From the NCBI GenBank assembly GCA_044226015.1, contig JBGAHS010000004.1:576001-640000 (forward strand): 64,000 nt of DNA. Reading direction: 5' to 3'. This DNA is from Candidatus Obscuribacteraceae bacterium. GTDB lineage: Bacteria > Cyanobacteriota > Vampirovibrionia > Obscuribacterales > Obscuribacteraceae. The notes below the pieces were generated by a model. It was given only the letters and a program-made list of their open reading frames with translations, did not search any database and was not told the DNA's origin. This document shows, in pieces, positions 58,485 through 64,000 of the stretch. Positions within the stretch are counted from its first letter, which is position 1; each line of letters begins with the position of its first letter. The translations under genes were made by a program, and so were the position numbers.

Positions 58485-61400
58485 ATGCGCGTGAGCAATT
58501 ACCGTAAAGCTACTGTCGGCATCGGTTTAGCAGCCTACTCGATATTTTTGTCTGCTCAGCTCGGTTGTATACCAGCGGCAAGCGCACAAGATTCGAGCAG
58601 TAGCTTAACAGGTTCTAACTTTGGATCCGTCCTTCCTCAGGGAAGATTTGCTAATCCTTCTTCACCATTTTTTGCGCCTTCGCCGTTCACCGAAAAATTA
58701 GGAGTGTCTCCAGAGAGCTCATTCGAGGGACAAGAGACTACGAGCCCGGTTCTCACTCAATCTGCTGTGAATGCTGCAGCTTCAGCCTCGGATGGAGCGA
58801 TAACCAATGTGCAAAGAGCCTGGTACAAGTTCCTTGAGCCTAGCTTGAATCTCACTCGGGCGCTTGAGGATGCAGAGCATAAGCGCATTCTCTCTGTCGT
58901 TCCAATGCCTCTCAATATTCGCGGGGGAGATCGCCGAACTGAAATCCGCACTGCACTTTTACGCGCGGATTCCAGTCTGGAGTACTCCTGTTTCAAAACA
59001 ATTTATGGCAGTTTGTTTGGACGCTCCAATTCTCTGATAATGAATGTTTCGGGCAACATCGTAAGAGTGTTCAATATATCGGGTAAGGACAAGGACGTTC
59101 TGTTCAAGTTATCGAACGGGCAGATCATTGCCCTCGGTCCAGGAACTGAGTTGATAATCTCTAAATCGATGGACAGTTCCGATTTAAATGTTTGCGATGG
59201 TTTGGCTCGACGTGGCTTCACCAAAGTGATGAAGTGCGCTGATTTGCAAATGGGGTTTGCGCAGTTCTCATACGCAAGTGTTTGTGACACGCCAGAGATG
59301 AAGTTCTATTTGTCACATCAAAGTCCGAAAATTGTCGCTGATCTCAAAACTATGATTTCGAAAATAGAAGAGCTTCGCGGCACAGGTGGATTTAAGTTAG
59401 CGCTTCTTCCCGGTGAGCGCCACCAATTGCAAGCTGAAGTGAAGAAGAAAGAGACCGCCGTTCCAAAAACTAAGATTGAGATGGCTGCTGAGCTTAGGGC
59501 TAAGGAAGAGAAGGAAAAAGCTGCTGCTAAAGCAAAAGAAGAACTTGCCAGACTTCAGCAATCGAAAGATGAAGCGAAGCAGAAAGAGATTGCTAAAGTA
59601 AAGTCTGACGAAACCAAGCAAAAAGAGATCGCGAAAGCAAAAGCAGAAGAAGCGAAGCAAAAAGAGATCGCGAAAGCAAAGGCAGAAGAAGCGAAGCAAA
59701 AAGAGATCGCGAAAGCAAAAGCAGAAGAAGCGAAGCAAAAAGAGATCGCGAAAGCAAAGGCAGAAGAAGCGAAGCAAAAAGAGATCGCGAAAGCAAAGGC
59801 AGAAGAAGCGAAGCAAAAAGAGATCGCGAAAGCAAAGGCAGAAGAAGCGAAGCAGAAAGAGATCGCGAAAGCAAAGGCAGAAGAAGCGAAGCAAAAAGAG
59901 ATCGCGAAAGCAAAAGCAGAAGAAGCGAAGCAAAAAGAGATCGCGAAAGCAAAAGCAGAAGAAGCGAAGCAAAAAGAGATCGCGAAAGCAAAGGCAGAAG
60001 AAGCGAAGCAGAAAGAGATCGCGAAAGCAAAGGCAGAAGAAGCGAAGCAAAAAGAGATCGCCAGACTTAAAGCTGCTGAAGAGGAAGCTGCGCGCTTAAA
60101 AGCTGAGGAGGAAAAAGCAAGGAAAATTGCTGAGGCAAAAGAGGCTGTGCGTAAAGCCAAAGAATCTGCCAGAGCCAGGGCTGAAGAGTTGAAGCAGAAG
60201 GAAATTGCTCTGGCTAAGGAAGAGGCAAGACAGGCCGCTGAGGCAGAGAAGCAAAAAGAACTCGCTAAAGCAAAAGAAGCTGCTGAGAAAGAAAAGCTCA
60301 AGCTGGCTAAGGCTGAGCAAGCCGCTAGAGCCAAAGCTGCAGAGGCTCAATCTAGAGAACTTGCTCGTGCAAAAGAGCAAGAAGCCGCTGCTAAATTAGC
60401 TGCTGAGAAAGCTGAGCAGATTGCCAAAGCCAAGCAAGCTGCTGCTGAGTCTAAGGCTCAACAACAAACGAAAGTGGCGGAAGCGAAACGCCTGAAGGAA
60501 GAGGCTGCAGTAGCGAAATCCCATCAACTGGAAGAAGAACGCAAACTGGCAGAAGCCCAGAAGAAGACGCGTGAAGAGACTTTGAAAGTTGCGCGAGCCC
60601 AGCAGGCAGAGGAAGAAAGAAAAGCAGTTGAGAAAGCCAGAAAAGAGCAAGACGACAAGATAAGAATTGCTTTGGCGAAGAAGCAAGAGGCAAACCAGAA
60701 AGCTGAGTTGGTGGCTAGGAAGGCAAAGGAAGATGGCATCCATGTAGCGCAATCCAGAGACGCTGCTGAGAAAGCTGAGCGTTCAAAAGCTGCTAAGCTC
60801 GGCGAACCAGAAAAGGCGCAGTTTGGAGCAAGCCCAGCTCTACGCGAAGGTGTGCCTGTTGCTAACGCAGGTATTACAGATGCTTCCGCCGCGAAGCGCG
60901 AGTCAATGCGATTGAAGTTGCTAGATAGAGCAAAGCATATGGCAATTAATGCTAGAGGAAAAGAGCAGACTAAGGATATAGCTAATTCATTAAAGGATGA
61001 GGAATCGGAAGGTACCCAACCTGTACTGAGACCTGTTCCTCCGCAGAGTAAAGCAGCTGTTCAGCAGAGCTCGGCCGCTGCTAATGCTAGTGAGATTGCT
61101 AAGGCACTTGCAGAAAAATTGAAAGAGAAGCAAAAGCGTATCGCTACGATTGGCGGAAAGGTGAAAGAGAACCTAGCCGCCAAGGCCGCGAAAGTGGCTG
61201 AGGCGACAAAAGCTTCTGCCGCTGCTTTGACACCGAAGCCAGTACCAAGTACTCCAGAACCGCCAATGGTGGCAGATCAAGCAGCCAGAAAGTTGCTTCC
61301 GCGAAGATTGCCCGGACCTGATACACCGCCGGCAATTGCACGCCTGTTGCTAGATGCCGACAAAGAAGAGAAGACCGCAATCGCCCTGAGGAAAAAGGCT

Positions 61401-61568
61401 GACAAATGCATCGCTTATGCTGAGGGCGGCATGATGAATTATGATCAGCAGAAACTCATCATGGCGCAAGCAAGAGAGCATCTTAAACGTGCTGCGGAGG
61501 CGGAGGAGCGTTCCCAAAATCTTCGTCGCCAGGCCGAACTTGCGGACAATGGAAAGCCATCGATGTAA
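58485..61568 (+). CDS. Secreted protein with a globular N-terminal domain and a long TolA-like Ala/Lys/Glu coiled coil
   Basis: Signal peptide; beta-rich domain; 13-aa repeat AKAKAEEAKQKEI; C-terminal helical domain. Confidence 0.85.
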   Translation: MRVSNYRKATVGIGLAAYSIFLSAQLGCIPAASAQDSSSSLTGSNFGSVLPQGRFANPSSPFFAPSPFTEKLGVSPESSFEGQETTSPVLTQSAVNAAASASDGAITNVQRAWYKFLEPSLNLTRALEDAEHKRILSVVPMPLNIRGGDRRTEIRTALLRADSSLEYSCFKTIYGSLFGRSNSLIMNVSGNIVRVFNISGKDKDVLFKLSNGQIIALGPGTELIISKSMDSSDLNVCDGLARRGFTKVMKCADLQMGFAQFSYASVCDTPEMKFYLSHQSPKIVADLKTMISKIEELRGTGGFKLALLPGERHQLQAEVKKKETAVPKTKIEMAAELRAKEEKEKAAAKAKEELARLQQSKDEAKQKEIAKVKSDETKQKEIAKAKAEEAKQKEIAKAKAEEAKQKEIAKAKAEEAKQKEIAKAKAEEAKQKEIAKAKAEEAKQKEIAKAKAEEAKQKEIAKAKAEEAKQKEIAKAKAEEAKQKEIAKAKAEEAKQKEIAKAKAEEAKQKEIAKAKAEEAKQKEIARLKAAEEEAARLKAEEEKARKIAEAKEAVRKAKESARARAEELKQKEIALAKEEARQAAEAEKQKELAKAKEAAEKEKLKLAKAEQAARAKAAEAQSRELARAKEQEAAAKLAAEKAEQIAKAKQAAAESKAQQQTKVAEAKRLKEEAAVAKSHQLEEERKLAEAQKKTREETLKVARAQQAEEERKAVEKARKEQDDKIRIALAKKQEANQKAELVARKAKEDGIHVAQSRDAAEKAERSKAAKLGEPEKAQFGASPALREGVPVANAGITDASAAKRESMRLKLLDRAKHMAINARGKEQTKDIANSLKDEESEGTQPVLRPVPPQSKAAVQQSSAAANASEIAKALAEKLKEKQKRIATIGGKVKENLAAKAAKVAEATKASAAALTPKPVPSTPEPPMVADQAARKLLPRRLPGPDTPPAIARLLLDADKEEKTAIALRKKADKCIAYAEGGMMNYDQQKLIMAQAREHLKRAAEAEERSQNLRRQAELADNGKPSM
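59570..60062 (+). repeat. Intragenic 39-bp VNTR (13 KQKEIA units, 11 exact AKAKAEEAKQKEI)
   Basis: GAGATCGC every 39 bp from 59625 to 60054, plus GAGATTGC at 59586. Confidence 0.95.
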
Positions 61569-61620
61569 CTTCCTGCTGCTGGCAAGATTTTGCGCAATGC
61601 ATTCTGCAGGCTGCTTCTAA

Positions 61621-62060
61621 TTCGTGATGGTCTTATAGTGTGTGCTGTTTTGCTGCGTGGATGTTTCGAACAACGGTGTGTTCAGTAGATTGGACAGTGC
61701 GTTCAGTTCAAGATTATCTTGGAGTGCGTGCTGTTTTGCTGCTTGGATGTTTCGAATAGACGGTGTGTTCAGTAGATTGGACAGTGCGTTCAGTTCAAGA
61801 TTATCTTGTAGTGCGTGCTGTTTTGCTGCTTGGATGTTTCGAATAAACGGTGCGTTCAGTAGATTGAACGGTGCGTTGAGTTCGTGATTGTCTTGTCGTG
61901 TGTGTTGTTTTGTGCGTGGTTATGTTTCGAATAACCGTGCGTTCAGTTCGTGGTTGTCTTGTAGTGTGTGCTGTTTTTGATGATTGTATTTCGAATGGAG
62001 GTTGCTTTCACATTCATGATTATCTCGCATAAGCTGTTGTGTTCAATTCGTGATGGATTT
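61621..62060. repeat. GT-rich tandem array, 86-87-bp unit, 3 good copies plus degenerate ones
   Basis: GTG[CT]TGTTTT at 61642, 61728, 61815, 61902 and 61968; each unit contains TTTCGAA. Confidence 0.88.
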
Positions 62061-62327
62061 TGTTTTGTTTGTCTGAAAAGACTTATTGCTACTGAGGCTT
62101 GGGCGTTGAGGTGAGGGGCGTAGCAGATTCGTTTCTGCAGAATCCAAATTACATTGCGGTGCATAAAGACTGCATTGATAGTTCCTTGCCACCTTATTTG
62201 GTATCAGCCGAAGGGATTACGATAATGCTTCCTTTGGGGGAGGTAAGCATCCCTCACTTGAGTTACACTCCAAGTGTCGAAAACCTTATAACAAAGAGCA
62301 GCCCTGGACCTGTTCACTGGGGGCGCC

Positions 62328-62840
62328 ATGTTTGGAATCAAAGAAGATGCAGAAGAACGGCGTAGGCGAGCATATTTTAAGGCGCACGAGAACGAAGAAC
62401 CGTTTCCGCTGGATGGAAGTGATTTTGCTCGGTTGATTCGGGAGCATCAGTATCTAGAAAAGCATCAGCATCATAACGAAGAGCCTTATGATGACTTTTT
62501 GGCACGGTTGCACGCAAAGGGTAGTGTGCTGTTTTCCCCTGTTCGAGGGCTTATACAGAAAGCTCTCTATCACTGGTTTACACCTAAAGAGGAGTATCAC
62601 TTTCCGGTTCCACCGGAGATACCAACCAAAGAGGAATTGGTTCAAAAACGAATAGATGCTCTAAATGATCATCTTGTAGAACTTTCTGATGCCGAAAATG
62701 ATTGGTTGGCTCATAAATCTTATGCTGCAGTAGAACCTGCTTTGATCGAAACCACAGAGGGTGAGGAAACAAGTTATCCTGCGTTTGGTCTTGAGTCCGT
62801 GATTGATCCTGCCGATACAAGTTCAGTACAGGATGAATAG
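62328..62840 (+). CDS. Hypothetical protein
   Basis: 170-aa ORF with ATG after GGGGCG; protein-like composition; no motif recognised. Confidence 0.65.
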   Translation: MFGIKEDAEERRRRAYFKAHENEEPFPLDGSDFARLIREHQYLEKHQHHNEEPYDDFLARLHAKGSVLFSPVRGLIQKALYHWFTPKEEYHFPVPPEIPTKEELVQKRIDALNDHLVELSDAENDWLAHKSYAAVEPALIETTEGEETSYPAFGLESVIDPADTSSVQDE

Positions 62841-62930
62841 AGGGACTTGAGTCTGATGCAGAGCAAGCCGATGTGACCGGGCAAATCAAGCCAGAAGCCG
62901 GGCATAGTTGTTGTCACGGCACTCGTGCAA

Positions 62931-63062
62931 CGTAGTGCAGATCTTTGTAGTGGAGATCTTCGTATTGCGCAGCTTCGTAGTGCAGATCTTGGTATAGCAG
63001 ATCTTGGTATAGCACAGCTTCGTAGTGCACAGCTTCGTAGTGCACAGCTTCGTATTGCACAG
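62931..63062. repeat. 15-bp tandem repeat (~9 copies), consensus GCA[GC]A[TG]CTTCGTAGT
   Basis: Directly visible; one + frame translates as pentapeptide-like A[DQ]Lxx units. Confidence 0.85.
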
Positions 63063-63163
63063 CCAGGTGTTTGATGCAATAGAACTATGCTAGGGGCATT
63101 GTTGTGACCCAATTCGATTTCTGGATTTTGTTGGAAGGAGTAAAGGCTACCGGGAATGCTGAC

Positions 63164-63484
63164 TCCGGGACGGAATCGGACGCCAGCGCGAAAGGACGCT
63201 GGGACGGAACCGGACGCCGGCGCGAAAGGATACCAGCGCGAATAAATGCCAGTGCGAATGGATGCCGGCGCGAAAGGATGCCAGTGCGAATGGATGCCGG
63301 CGCGAATGGATGCCAGTGCGAATGGATGCCGGCGCGAATGGACGCCAGCGCGAAAGGATACCAGCGCGAATAAATGCCAGCGCCAGTGGATACCCGCGCT
63401 AATGAATGCCAGCGCGAAAGGATACCAGCGCGAATAAATGCCAGCGCCAGTGGATACCCGCGCTAATGAATGCCAGCGCGAAAA
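63164..63484. repeat. 16-bp minisatellite (17 contiguous units from 63216) with higher-order 32- and 64-bp periodicity
   Basis: Consensus GCCAGCGCGAATGGAT; units 9-12 (63344-63407) are repeated exactly as units 13-16 (63408-63471). Confidence 0.92.
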
Positions 63485-63493
63485 TTTCAATAC

Positions 63494-63772
63494 CTAAGAA
63501 GCAAGTGGAGCCCAGTCGTTGAGACCAATTCTGATCAGATCTTCCACGTTAAGTCCACCCGAGTGGACTAGTGTGCCATCTACTATTAGGGACGGGATTT
63601 CGCTCAGCCCTCTCAGTTTTGCTAAGTCGTATTCGCGCATTTTTCGAACGTCATGCAAGACTATATTCCATCGGGAATAACAACAGTGCTCTTCGAGCAG
63701 AGCCACTGCGGATTTTGATATTGAAGTTGAGTTCGTGTAAATATCGATTGTTTTCTTGGCATTTAGTAGCAC
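63494..63772 (-). CDS. Small thioredoxin/glutaredoxin-fold protein lacking CxxC
   Basis: IDIYT...; G..EIPSLIVDG (cis-Pro motif); the CxxC position reads TSIS. Confidence 0.6.
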   Translation of the reverse strand: MLLNAKKTIDIYTNSTSISKSAVALLEEHCCYSRWNIVLHDVRKMREYDLAKLRGLSEIPSLIVDGTLVHSGGLNVEDLIRIGLNDWAPLAS

Positions 63773-63799
63773 GTGGGATTCCTTATAGAGCGTTGAGAG

Positions 63800-63916
63800 C
63801 TATGGATTTTTTGATCCATTCGGCTTTCCGTCGCGAAGCCTCGTCAACCATTCTACTATGGAGCCAGCGAGCAAGACAGCAATTGTTAGTCCGAGAACTG
63901 CGCTTAAGAGGTTCAT
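63800..63916 (-). CDS. Small single-pass membrane protein (38 aa), below the ORF-track cutoff
   Basis: MNLLSAVLGLTIAVLLAGSIVEWLTRLRDGKPNGSKNP*; SD-like AAGAAGGT just upstream of the ATG; co-oriented with and 27 bp upstream of the Trx-like ORF. Confidence 0.5.
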   Translation of the reverse strand: MNLLSAVLGLTIAVLLAGSIVEWLTRLRDGKPNGSKNP

Positions 63917-64000
63917 ATAGACCTTCTTTTTTATTCGTCCAATTTCAGTCTAACAAAGCGCCGAATATAAACATCCGTAGAAAGGTTGATCTCCGCAGCT

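Noticed and set aside
59397..60752. Phe/Cys/Leu/Ser-rich minus-strand ORFs
   Set aside because: Antisense shadows of the A/K/E-rich coding repeat.
61642..62365. ORFs 61642..61887, 61943..62164 and 62099..62365
   Set aside because: The first two derive from the 87-bp array; the third has no motif and overlaps the better-supported 62328 gene.
62774..63490. 238-aa minus-strand ORF and + ORFs 63104..63373 and 63246..63437
   Set aside because: They are read-throughs of the 15- and 16-bp repeats; a 16-bp period is not codon-compatible.

Overview
Bacterial chromosomal window with no rRNA, tRNA, CRISPR-cas, integrase or transposase recognisable. The gene content (cyanobacterial-type Hfq, MurT, mreBCD-mrdA, no photosynthesis genes, many TPR and low-complexity orphan proteins) suggests a non-photosynthetic cyanobacterial relative (Vampirovibrionia/Melainabacteria, Obscuribacterales-like); this assignment is inference. 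Housekeeping genes: carB (3' part), deoC, murT, NAD kinase, alaS, ilvE, rel, rdgB, ispF, a biotin carboxylase-BCCP fusion, 3-hydroxyacyl-CoA dehydrogenase, hfq, mreBCD-mrdA. Most notable observations: (1) two non-coding tandem arrays with different unit lengths (119 bp and 66 bp) share one palindromic motif, GAACTRAASCGGTACCGTTTGAG (18 copies counting variants), and bracket a divergent sugar-dehydratase/glycosyltransferase pair; three more satellite-like arrays lie in the last 3 kb and one at 42.5 kb; (2) a shared, unannotated ~127-aa Gly/Ala-rich hydrophobic N-terminal module is fused to two unrelated enzymes (a PHP metallohydrolase and an S53 protease), as in polymorphic effector systems; (3) a fezA/fezB (ferrosome)-like gene pair encodes a full-length P1B ATPase that has lost its phosphorylated Asp and other catalytic motifs; (4) a SWIM-ATP-dependent ligase-WGR fusion and several proteins with internal repeats. 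All family calls come from motif recognition by eye; no database searches were run.
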